A stretch of DNA of 64,000 bases, from the NCBI RefSeq assembly GCF_009914755.1, contig NC_060927.1. One strand, given 5' to 3'. Under the pieces are notes generated by a model, which was not told the origin of the DNA, did not search any database, and saw only the letters and a list, made by a program, of their open reading frames with translations. Shown in pieces: positions 29,131 through 40,726 of the stretch (the first letter of the stretch is position 1; each line of letters starts with the position of its first letter). The translations under genes and the position numbers were made by a program. This DNA comes from the human T2T-CHM13v2.0 reference genome, Homo sapiens.

Positions 29131-32028
29131 TCCTTCTTTTCTCCCTCCCCTCACATAAACCCTAACATGTGGGACTTCCACAAGATGAACCAGAACCTGA
29201 GGGTTTCTGTTGCAATTAGACAACTAGACCTGAGACCTCAGAAACTTGAGATTTACTAAGCTGTTTCCTTAGCTTAAGAGCATTTTCCGAATGCCCTTAA
29301 AGACTTTTAAGAAAGTTAATCTTAGACCCTCAAATGGCTCACAAGAATATACTCTTTTAGACAGGTGATAACATACATGAACACAGGGATTAAGCGGACT
29401 AAAGGAAGGTGCTGTTATGTTCATTTACCAAATGACCTGAACTTCAGGCCTCCTTGATGAAATGAGGTCACAGTTTTAGAAGATATCCACCAAGTTGATA
29501 AATAGGAACCATGCTTTAAAATTGTTTTTGTTGCTGAAAATTTACTACAGACAGTAACTTATTAGACGCCTATCCTTTTAGGTGGATGTTTCGAAAGTAA
29601 CTTACAGAGGAAAGAAAACCTCAGTCCTCAAGATGATCCAGTATCTATAATTTTGAAGACTTTGAGAAATTTCCTGTAACCTCTGCCTATGTGGCCAAAC
29701 CCTGGAAATACATAAGTTCACTGAGTGTACAGATACTATTATTGTCCTGGAAATTGCTGAAATGGATACTGAGAGCCTGTCTTACCAATGTAAACCTACA
29801 GTCAAAACTGCAATGATTTCTGACAAGAATATACCCCGCAGTTCTCCAGAGGAGTTCAATCTCTTACATAACAGCATTCTCACTGACTCGATCAAAATTG
29901 GCCAATGACCTAAAGACTTGTGTCACTGTACTTTTTCTTTGGTAATTTCATGTTATTGCTGAAATTCACATTTATTTATTTTATTAAGTAGAGCTTAAGT
30001 ATACTTCATAGTTGTTACTAGTTTTTTAAATTAATGTGATTGGGGTATAAATGCATTCATGAATACTTGGACTATTAATGAGAAGACATGAATACCTCTG
30101 TCTTGGAAGCTAAGGGAAAGGAGATTGAAAATGAAGCTGTTAGAAGAGAAATCTTGCTGATCAAGGAGAATTATGCATTGCAGAACCAGTGACTACCATA
30201 GCAATAATCAGTGACTCCTTCTTGTATAGCAAAATAGAAGAGAAAAAGAACTTACAGAATTCAGACCAAGAAAGTGATTGAACAGGTTCATGGTAAAGGG
30301 AGAATGAGCAGGAAGTGTGGCCGGCTACTCTTTATCCTTCTGGATTTTCCCTGCCACCCTTAGGGACACCAGTCACTGCCCTGTCCTAGTCATATTCACC
30401 AGTAAATATACAGACAAGCCCGTTTCTTCCTAGAACCAGCAGGAGGCCAGAAAGAGGGTACAACCTTTGTCCTTGACCAAGCTGAGACCTGTTCCCACCA
30501 TCACCACCACCATCTCTCCTGGATTTCAGGGATCTCTGCTCCCAGCACTCCAGGGCTGTAACAGCTAGTCTGGGGGCAGTAGCAGAATTGGAGACATGAA
30601 CATCCTATATGCTAGTGGAGGTGTAGCAGCATGCCCACCCTGCTCATTCCTTTCCACTCTGTTTCCAGTGCAGGAACACATCCTTCTCTTCCCCTTATTC
30701 TGGAAGAAATGTTCTCAAATGACCGTGCTCAATGTTCATGTCTGACACCTCTTCAGTCCCTTCCCCCATCCTGCTCACCCAGCTTTCTTTGCTGGATATA
30801 ATCTCTCAGCCATCAGCTATAAATAACCTGGCCTTTGCCCTTCCACCCTGTGTAAGCTGGTCTAATCATCATCATCACTACTCCAGCTCCTGTTTGCTTC
30901 CCCACTTCCTTCCCCAGAGCCCAGCCAACACCACCCAGCATATTCCAACTCCTCCAAGGAGCACACACTGGCAGAAGCAGCAATTAACACTGGTATTTCT
31001 GCAAGCTGGAAATTCTTATAATTAAAACTTCTTTTGTAAGATCTCAGGAGTCTAAATAACCCTAAGGGAAGAAGAGCACCATCATCTTATCAGGAAATGT
31101 AATCAGTAGAAATAGATAAACTCAGGAATATAGGCCTAAAATTTTACTCTAGGGCACAATTATCAGATATAAATATTTCTGTTGATTAAAACATGAAAGC
31201 TTACTATATTCATTAGGAGCTTTTAGCACATACAGATAGTCTCTAAAAGCAGCAACACTTACAATCAGCCATGTAATCAAAAGTTAGTTCTGACATAATC
31301 ACTTCCCGAAGCTTAACAAAGACAGGTCTTAATGGACACAGCAGCCATCCATTAAAGGAAGAAACAATTAGTTTGACAATATAAAGCTTATCACAAGTGT
31401 AAAACATTAAATTAAAGGCAACTGAAGAACACCAACTTATGGACAGCAGTCACCAATGTGATATTTATGAATATTTTAAATCTTAGAAGGCCAAACAAAT
31501 TTGCAATGTAATTATATCAGCAACTTTAGAGATAACACCTTGCTAAACCCAGACAATGAGTCAACTGTCAATCCAACATTATCTCTACCTCTGTCTGAAA
31601 AACCAAAAAGCGCTGACATCAGATAGCATTTAGACTTCTGACATAACAATATGTTAAACTTTACTCACCCAGAAAAAGGATAAACATGTTTTATAAATGT
31701 GCCAGACCTGTCCACTTTGATAAATGCAAGCTGACAAATTATCCACAGGAAAACAAATATATTAACCTATTCCACATAAGATGGCTCAAATATGCAGCTT
31801 TCTACAGTTTCTGAAGAAGCCATACCACCACAAAAAAAGTTATTTTATTTGAAATATATATATATGGACTATATACATATATATGTATGTATACACATAT
31901 ACACATATATATATGGACTTTCTTCAAAATCACAAAAAAGAAAGGGTCTACATATCAATTGGGATCAATTCCAATAAACAAAAGCTCATGCATTTAGGCT
32001 GAAAAAATTATAACCACTCTGTAGTTTG

Positions 32029-32082
32029 CCTTCTCTCCCTCTCTTTCTCTCTCTGTCTCTCTCTCTCTCTCACACACACACA
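32029..32082. repeat. (TC)n(CA)n compound microsatellite
   Basis: Direct reading. Confidence 0.9.
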
Positions 32083-34541
32083 ATTCCATTGCCCCAGAGC
32101 ACTAAAACATGCATGTACTGACATTTAAACCATGAAGAACTACCCAGAGGCAAGTAGCTTGTCCATATTAAACATATTCCTTGCTGTTTTCCTACTTCCT
32201 CAAACCACCCTCCATGTGATCTATAACAGTGCTGACTTTCTCCATCTCAAAAATAGCTGATAAATCCCTTCACACAAATGAGAGCTTCTATTGCCCAAGA
32301 GATGGGTGGACTCAACCAACTGGTTCCAGGATCTTGTTAGAAAATGCAAACTAAGCTAACTGTCTCCAAAAGAAAATCATCTCATTCCACATAGCTGAGA
32401 ACTTGTATAACTGTTTTAATGCTATAGTAGGCACATGACTGAAATGTTCAGCTCGTGGGACCTCCTCAGGCCTCGAAAGGGATCTCTCCTGCTTAGACAA
32501 TTCGGTGAAAGAAGCAGAGAGTTGTTAAAGAACACTGCTCTGTTGCAATTGCAAAGTGTCCATAATAAAGAGTGTACAGTACATTGCACATGGAAGACAT
32601 CTGGGCTCAGACCCAAAAGACGGGAAGAATCAAAAAGCGAGTAGAGAAAGGAAAAAGACATCCAGCTAATGCAAAAAATGAAATTGTTCAAAGAGAGTTA
32701 TTTGATGGTAATTCAGACCCCTCATCCAACCAGTCAAACTGCTTCTGTAATTCTATGAGTTAGGACAAAAACACAAAAACAAGGTTGCTCGACTTAGTGG
32801 TCAATGTAGACCTCATTTCACTGGATAATTAGCTTGACTCACTCAGTGTTTCACCTGCTTGTGAGACCAGTTTACAGACAGGCGAATGCAACTGGGATGG
32901 TGTCCCCAGGCTGAGTCTACAGCCATGGAAATTAAAGAAAACAGCGTAAATCCCTTCCCCCACCTTCCCAGCTTCCTGCCAAAATATGGCCCATCAAAAT
33001 CACTGTGCTCATTCACTATTGCTTTGTCTGCAATGATGTGACTTTGAATGCTTACTCATGATACTCACCTTGATATCAGGGTTGTTTTTAATGTAATAAT
33101 AGTGATAGTCTCTGCCACTGATGGAGTTCTTGCTGTTTCCCAGGCAGCATGGTATGGCCTTTAGGCATTCATACAACTCACATGTATTAAATGTCGACCA
33201 AGTGACAGAACTGTTCTAGGTTTGGGAGCACAATCTGAATGAAACAAAGTCCATGCTGTCATGGAACTTTCTCTCCAATAAGAGGAGGGAGACAGAAAGG
33301 CAAATATAGACTCTATCAAGTGGTGATTGGGGCGATAAAGAAGAAAGTGGGTGAACGTGCCAGAGGGTGACAGTGTCATCCTGACAAAGACCTCCTGGCA
33401 CACACTTGTACTCAAACACACTAAGTTTACCGACTCATTGTCATAAGGGAGAACACGTACTGTTGGAATCTGGGAATCAAAGTAAGAGAGTGTTTAAAGG
33501 ACTCATGATAATATGTGGGCTGTGTTAGATGATTTTGGGGGAGGATTCATGAAAGCAGGGTTTTGCTCTGGGCTGGATAGTGTCAGCACGTGGGGGTAAT
33601 TCTATAATCAGGTATCTTAATAATTCTTACATGAAGGTAGGAAGGATGAAGCAACGCAGTCAGTCACTCACAGCAGCCACAAAGGGGACATGTGACCTTA
33701 TATGTGGTTTGGACAATATTCTTATTTTTATCTGCATTTGGACATCAGTATAAAGGGGTTTTGCTTTTGTCTTGATCCATTATGGTCAGAGTGGCCTTAT
33801 CTGATGTTGTGATCTGTGAAATTGCTTATGCTCAACAGAAGAATGGCATAGCTGAGATAAGGGTGTCAGGCCAGCTCCCAGCTGTCAAGGGTTGCTTTTC
33901 TTTTTCCCATACTCAAACTGCAGGCATCCTTCCAAAACAGGCACCATTACCATCTCTCTTTTACAAAATGATGAAACTAAGGTCCAGCAAGATAAAGGAC
34001 TTATCTAAGAGCAAGCAACTAAGAAAGCCAGGATTCAAACCCAAGTTATCTGACCACAGAGCCAGCCTCATCGGCACTCCTTACACAGACCCTTACAGTG
34101 CTGCACCTTTTCACCTTTTGAGCTGCTTAGCAAAGCATTATCTTCAAAAAGACCAAAGTGGCATCTCAGTGGGAGGGTGGATGATGCACACAAAGCCTCG
34201 AGGGGAAGCTGCCATCAGTAGGCATCCCAGTACCTAAGTGCCAAGAAATTAAGTCCACGTAGTCACTATCAAGACAAAAGCATTTTTCTCCCAGAGATGA
34301 AGAGACATTTTCCATTTTATTTAAATTGGAAGGTTTCTTTTTCTGTAAGTTAATCAAAACTAATTTATCTCAGCAACTTATGACCTATAACCATAGTTTT
34401 AAATACTGGAACAAGTATGTTATAATAACATAAAAGTAAAATTCTAGTGTGTAAAGGTGACAGAGTATAAAACAATTAATATCAATTTTATCCCATATTC
34501 TAAAAACACCCTCTCCCATATCATCAAAAGTCAAGGCTTAC

Positions 34542-36418
34542 CAAAAGGTTTTCCGGCTTGAGGTCCCGGTGGACAATGCTCTTGTCGTGCATGTGGACGA
34601 GGGCTTTGCATAAGTCCATGATCATGAGGGCAGCATCGGGCTCCGGGAACTTCACACTTTCTATGATGGCGTCAAAAAGGTCTCCTCCCTGCACGTACTC
34701 CAGGATCAGGTAGATTTCCATGTCTGTTTCGTAGACTTCATGCAATTTCACGATGTTGGGGTGAGAGAGGCTCTGGATGATCAAGATCTCACTGTCCACC
34801 ATGTCCTCCTTGCCCTTGAGTCTGGACTTGTCAATGATCTTCATCGCATAGGCCTGCCTGGTCTCGCGGTGTCTGCACTCCTTCACGACAGCAAAGTTCC
34901 CATCCCCAATGACCCGGCCAGTCTCATAATGCTTTTCCACATTGGCGGCAATGATGCCCATGGGCCGTGGCTTCCGACCGCTGGGCCGCTCTGGCTTGTT
35001 CTCTTCTGGCCTCGTCTTGGGCTCCTTTTCTAGCTTTGCAGGTTGGTCATCTCTGAGAGTCATCCTTCTGCCTCCAGACATACATGGCTTTTTCTCCTTC
35101 TCTGCCTCCTTCTCTTCTCCTCGGGTCCTGCGGAGCTTCTCAAAGCCCGCCTGGTGCTCTCTCAGGAGCCAGCCACCATGTTTGCTCCTGCTCATGGGCC
35201 TGGTGTCCTTCTTCACCTCCCTCAGCCCCTCCTCTGTGACAGGAAGAACTTCCACAAGGTCCTTCTTGGCCTTGGCTGCTCCCTGAGCATGGCTTTCTTG
35301 ATCCTCTGGGCCTCTGTCCTCTTTCTTGTCCATGCTCTTGCTGGGTCTCCTCAGCTCTTGAGTGGGATTCCTGGGGCTGCTCCTGTGGCTGTCACCCTTC
35401 CACCCTTCCTCCCCACTTGCAGGATTTGCCTCGGGAGACCTCCTGCAGCTTCTGGTCCTCACCAGCTTCTCCACATCATACATTGGGCCCTTCCCCATAT
35501 CCAGCTCACTGGTCCCCAGAGAAAGCCTCTCACGCTCCAGGCTCTGCTGAAGCTCCCTCTCTCTCTTGCACTTCTCGCATCTGATAATTTCACCCGAGGT
35601 CTTTTCAATCTCCACCCCAAGATGCTTCTCTCCCCTTGCGTGCCTCTCTTCCAGAGTGGCTTCCCTGGGGGGCTTGCTACTGGGTTCTGGCTCCCATTTC
35701 CCCCTCCCCCACTTCTTCTGGGTCCTCGCTCTGTCATCTAGTGAAAGCTCCTCGGGGATCTTCCCCTGGTGCCTCATGGCTGCCTTGCATCCTGCAACTT
35801 CGCTGCAGCTCTTGGGGGTCTCGGTCTCCCCACAGCGGTGGTCTCCTTTCAGAGCCTTGCTAAACAGCCTGCTCCTCAGCCTTGGAGAAGGGGCACGGCT
35901 GTGCTGGGCCAGTGTCAGGGCCCGGGCTTTGTTGGGGTACAGTTCTTCTACAGCCACCTGAATGCTCTTCAGTGTCAGTGGTTCTTTGCCCATAGCTATG
36001 AAAGCATCCCCTTCCCTGAAGAAATCAGAGACGCTCCTGATTTCCCTGCCCTTGAGGTTAAACAGTTTCCTCACACGGTCATTCTTCCATCTGGGAGAGC
36101 CCAAGGCTTCTGAGATGTCAGCTAAGAGCTGCTCGAACGTCTGCACTGATCGCCTGTTGAGGAGCAGAGTGATCTTTCGGGGGCGCTGCCCACCCAGCTT
36201 CACTACGGTCACGACCCTGGGCTTCAGAGGGCTGTTCTCAGGATGTGCTGAGTGAAGGCCATTCCGAGGGCAGAACAAGGGCACGACGGGGCCACGCGGC
36301 CCCAGGAATGGTTTCTCCAGATTCCCTCGGCTGGCAGGCAGCCAGGAGCCTTGCAGCTTCCGCTCTGTGATTCTCGAGCTTAAATATTTTAGAGAATGGT
36401 CACATAGGCCTTGCTGTC
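34542..36418 (-). CDS. DCLK3: DCLK3 coding exon 2: DCX domain, charged linker, kinase N-lobe through the catalytic loop
   Basis: Acceptor ccttttcttgttgcAG|GA at 36419 and donor TTG|GTAAG at 34541. Open for 1877 nt and contains the 586-aa track ORF. Motifs: DCX-like KPRVVTVVK...LLNRRSVQTFEQLLADISEAL...DFFREGDAFIAMG; kinase GDGNFAVV, AMK, HRDLKPEN. Confidence 0.98.
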
Positions 36419-36688
36419 CTGCAACAAGAAAAGGACAACAGAGTATTAGTTAAGATGGGTTCAGAGAGCCCTCAGCCTTCACCAAAACTTTACTAAAGAT
36501 GACTGACTCTAGCATTACAGTTTATAAGTGTGGTTCCTGAGAGTCTGTTAGAAATGACAGAGCCTTTATACTTAGGTCTAATTCCCAGTCTCCTCTACAC
36601 CAGGAGTGCAGAACAGAGTAAGCATTGGGCTTGCAGTGATTCCTGTAGGCCTCACAGGGGCCCCCAGGATGGGCCACACCTCAGGAGC

Positions 36689-37064
36689 TGATACAGTTTG
36701 GCTCTGTGTCCCCACCCAAATCTCATCTTGAATTGTACTCCCATAATTCCCATGTATTGTGGGAGAAACCTAGTGGGAGATAATTGAATCATGGGGGCAG
36801 TTTCCCCCATACTGTTCCATGGTAGTGAATAAATCTCATAAGATCTGATGGTTACATCAGGGGTTTCCGCTTTTGCATCTTCCTCATTCTCTCTTTGCCT
36901 GCTGCCATCCATGTAAGATGGGACTTGCCCTTCCTTGCCTTCCGCCATGATTGTGAGGCTTCCCCAGCCACGTGGAACTAACTGTAAGTCCAAGAAAACC
37001 TTTCTCTGCAAATTGCCCAGTCTCAGGTATGTCTCTATAAGCAGCATGAAAAGGGACTAATACA
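36689..37064 (+). mobile_element. THE1 (THE1A-like) solo LTR, 270 bp into intron 1 from the exon 2 acceptor
   Basis: tgatacagtttggc ... gactaataca; 5-bp TSD GGAGC at 36684-36688 and 37065-37069. Confidence 0.93.
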
Positions 37065-37155
37065 GGAGCCCTCTCACGGTGAGGCCTGACTCTGTAAACA
37101 CAACTCCAGCTACCCCAAAGTGAACTGACCTTCAAGGATCTACAGCTGAGATAAA

Positions 37156-37275
37156 AAGGGCCAGTTTTGCTGCCCATGAAACACCAACAAGAGTCAGGAA
37201 CATTCTAGAACTTTGAAGGGCCAGGTTTGCTGCCCATGAAACACCAACAAGAGGCAGGAACATTCCAGAATTTTG
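37156..37275. repeat. 60-bp tandem duplication (2 copies, 56/60 identical)
   Basis: aagggccag(t/g)tttgctgcccatgaaacaccaacaagag(t/g)caggaacatt(ct/cc)agaa(c/t)tttg, twice. Confidence 0.95.
37197..37271. promoter_or_regulatory. Two canonical heat-shock elements (nGAAnnTTCnnGAAn) at 37197-37211 and 37257-37271
   Basis: gGAAcaTTCtaGAAc and gGAAcaTTCcaGAAt. The motif match is direct; function is untested. Confidence 0.55.
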
Positions 37276-40200
37276 AAAAACCCAATCTTACCCATCTCTT
37301 TGCCAAGAACATTTTTTTTCAGCTTGACTTTGAACTCACTCAAGGTGGAGCAGTATGCGAAGAGGTTATGGTCACAGGATTTGAGACAGATCTGGATTTA
37401 AATCCTGGCATGGCCATGGACTGCTTGTGTGAACCTGGACAAATTATTTGCATTTCTTTTTTTTTTTTTTTTTTTTTCATTTATAAAGTAAGAATGCTAC
37501 ACCTCCCTCCCAGGGTTTTTGTGAAGAATAAATGATCAAATTACAACTTACCTAAGAGAGTGCCTGACACATAGTAAGGACATAATAGTTGCTAGTTATT
37601 AACACTGTCCTTGTGATCTTAATATCTATTTTATATTATAATTTCACTGTATTAGTAGTATAATCTATCAATAAGGTAGAAGTCTACTGTGCACAGCTTC
37701 TTCTGGCATCACAAGAACTCATGGACCCACATGATGTGGTAGGTATTTCTTAAAGCTCTGACTGAGATTCACTTGCATTAGAGTTAGTATAGGAAAATTG
37801 AAGAAGGTTTCAATCTAGGTGTAAAAACTTCCTTGTCCAGATGGTTTTCCCTCTTCTTATTTAAAAAATGTAAAGAAACCAAGGTTCAGAGCTTAAATAA
37901 TGAGAATGTACATGAATAAAACAAGACTTTTGTATTTCCTAATTGACTATACCCAGCCAGAGTAAAACAGGTGAGGCAGGAGTGGTTTAATTTCCTCAAT
38001 TTCTATCCAGGTCAGGAAGAGAAATTGGAAAAGAACAGAAAGTATAACTCAGTTAAGCCACAATGGTAGGATGACAATTATTAAAGTTACCCTGCAGGAC
38101 CCATATGTCATATCCTACATGGAAGAATCTGCTGTTTATGCTTCCTTTAAAAAGAAATTTAAAATAATCATTTATACGTGTATTTGAATCAACTGTAGCA
38201 GAAACTCCAGTTGTGCCAGGATGAGATTTTGGCCCAGCAAATCTACACAGAATGTTTTTTGTTTTTTAATTATAATGTACAATCTGTTCTGAGATGATTT
38301 CCATCTAGACGCAGGTGTCAGATGAGATGACAAGGTAGTGGCTGATACTGATCTTCCCACACACCACAAATTTATGAGCTTAACAATCACATTTACAGTT
38401 AAACTACATATGGACATCTGTTATCCCTTTCTTCTCACAGCCTCTTTAATTAATCTGCCTCCATTTTTGTCTGAGATAGCTGATGTTGAGAGAAAGAAAG
38501 AGAGCTACAGAAGGAATACTAGTTTGTATTTCCTGCATTGGGGAACTGAGGAAGGGTGTCAGGAAGGTGACTGTCAAACGCATGTGCACAAAAGGGCTGG
38601 TGTTCTTGTTGGTTTTTCTTATGTGCTTCACACACAGTAGGATCCTTGATACATACTGTCAGACTAAGTAAATGAAGTCCTGATTATTTTCTCAGAAGAC
38701 CCTGTATAGGGACAGAGAAAGAGATTTTAGCCTATATCCTGGACTGAGGCTTTTCCAAGCAGATGTGGGAAAAGGATAGGCAGGCCCAAAGGATCAACTG
38801 CTGGCTGTGGTCACAAGAGGGCAGACCTACCAGGAAAACCTAGAGGCATAAAGAGGATGTAATGAAATCCAATGGAAGTACCAGGAGAATGAGCAACCAA
38901 GAGTGCTAGGAAGACAAGATTTGAGTTGGGTTTTCAACACCTAATGAGGTAGAGGCCACCCAGTACATAGCAAAGGAACCATGACATAGGGCTGGACCAG
39001 TTGTCCACACGGCCGCTGAGGTCAGCACAGATGAAGGTAAGACTCAATGTGGAGAGGAAGACACTGGTAACATGGAGAAATGAATGGTCAGCCACTATAT
39101 GACAGTGGCAAAGCAAGGGTGTATATTGTATCATGGGATGATATAAGCCTCAGCTAAGGAAAGGTGTTATAGGAGGGAAGAAAAATAATAGCTCTGAAGC
39201 AGACCTGGGGAGCTAAATTCTGAGCTCTACCTTCAAAATCTATAGTCCCTGGAAAGGAAGAATTATCCATTACAGGGAAGAAATAGGAGAGGGATCCTCA
39301 GGGGAGAACCAATAGGACAAAGGAACATTCAGTGAATACCTTAAGGATGTTTGAACATTTAGCATAGAAGGAGGTTCAGGAAAGCCCCTGAACCCTCCTA
39401 AAAGGTCCAAGATGGGATGTCAGGGAGGCATAAAGCAGTGTTCATGAAACAGGACTGACAGTAATGGGCTTTATGTATTGAGTGTTGACATAGAGTGACA
39501 AAGAGGCCCAAATTACAATAGGACCAGTGGCCTCAAGTTCCCAAACATTGGAACTGTAGAATCTGAGTGTGGTAATGGATGACTTGGCACAATGGTACCC
39601 AGAGCTGGGTAGGGAGAAGAGGGGATGTGTTCTCTGGGATTTCTGTGCTCAGCCAATTTCAGCAGACCCTACCTCAAAACTTGCCCTGATCCCTAGTGGT
39701 TAGGAGAACAATCTGGGAACATCCCATCCCTGAACAAAGAATAAGCTCCATAAGAACAGCCTCCATCCCAGGGCATGGCGTAAAAGGATGTAAAGAGAGA
39801 ACAGCTCAGCCTCCATCACACCAACATCAGACATGCTCATTCCACTGCCTGGGCATTCACAAGCTTATTCAAAAGCTCCTTGGTCTGCAGCAAAAGTGAC
39901 AATTCAGTCTCCACCTCCTCAGCATAACTGGGTCCTACTGAAATTGCACTTCTTCTAGCTATGACTGCTTCAAGCTACTGGGAAGCACCAGGAAAATGCA
40001 ACCTTCAGATGCACTGATTTTTATCTTCTCTTCCACAAGACCTCTTTCCTCTTTTAAAGTAGTCTAGAGCAAAATTTTCTTCTTTACAGGTAAGAGGAAA
40101 AAAATAAGAAGACTATGAATGCCTGGTCCATGGGCAGGGAGAGCAAACAGCAGAAAGAGCACAGCATATCCTTTAGGTCTGGGGCTCAGTCTCCGGGAAC

Positions 40201-40434
40201 GTGCTCATGCCCCAGGACAACTGCACACAGAGTACTTTCAGTCTCCCACTAAGCACCACTGTCCAGAACCTAACCCAATCAACCTTACTAGAAAGCCACA
40301 GGCCTGCCCGAGTCCACTCAGCTCCAGCAACACCTTTACTTACAAAATCAGTAAAATGGAACCATATGAAATTGCTGGTAGTTCTACCAATTTTGAACCA
40401 TAAAAAAACAAATTTCATGTGGCTCACCCTCATA

Positions 40435-40726
40435 CCGGTTGAGTATCCCAAAACCAAAAATACAAAATCTAAAATGCTCCAAAGCCTGCAAACTTTTTGA
40501 GCACTGACATTCCTACCAAAGGAAATGATCATTGGAGCATTTCAGACTTCAGATTTTCAGAGCTGGGATGCTCAACTGGTAAGTATAATGCAAATATCCC
40601 AAAATCCAAAAAAAAAAAAAAAAAACTCCTTGAAATAAAAAAATAAAACAAAATAAAATAAAATAAAATAATAAAAAACCACTTTTGGTCCCAAGCATTT
40701 TGGATAAGGGAGACTCACTCAACCTG
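40435..40726 (+). mobile_element. Tigger4/MER46-like TcMar DNA transposon relic
   Basis: TA-c(c)ggttgagtatccc ... ggga...ctcaacctg-TA terminal inverted repeats with TA target site. Confidence 0.8.

Noticed and set aside
35043-35741. 232-aa plus-strand ORF and neighbours overlapping exon 2
   Set aside because: Antisense shadow of the purine-rich DCLK3 coding strand; Leu/Pro-rich with no domain.
34524-36284. The track's 586-aa ORF as a stand-alone protein
   Set aside because: Its start is a GTG (Val) inside exon 2 and its end (VSLDF*) is read-through into intron 2.
37156-37275. Tandem repeat considered as a CRISPR-like array
   Set aside because: Two adjacent copies with no spacers in human DNA; it is a simple duplication.
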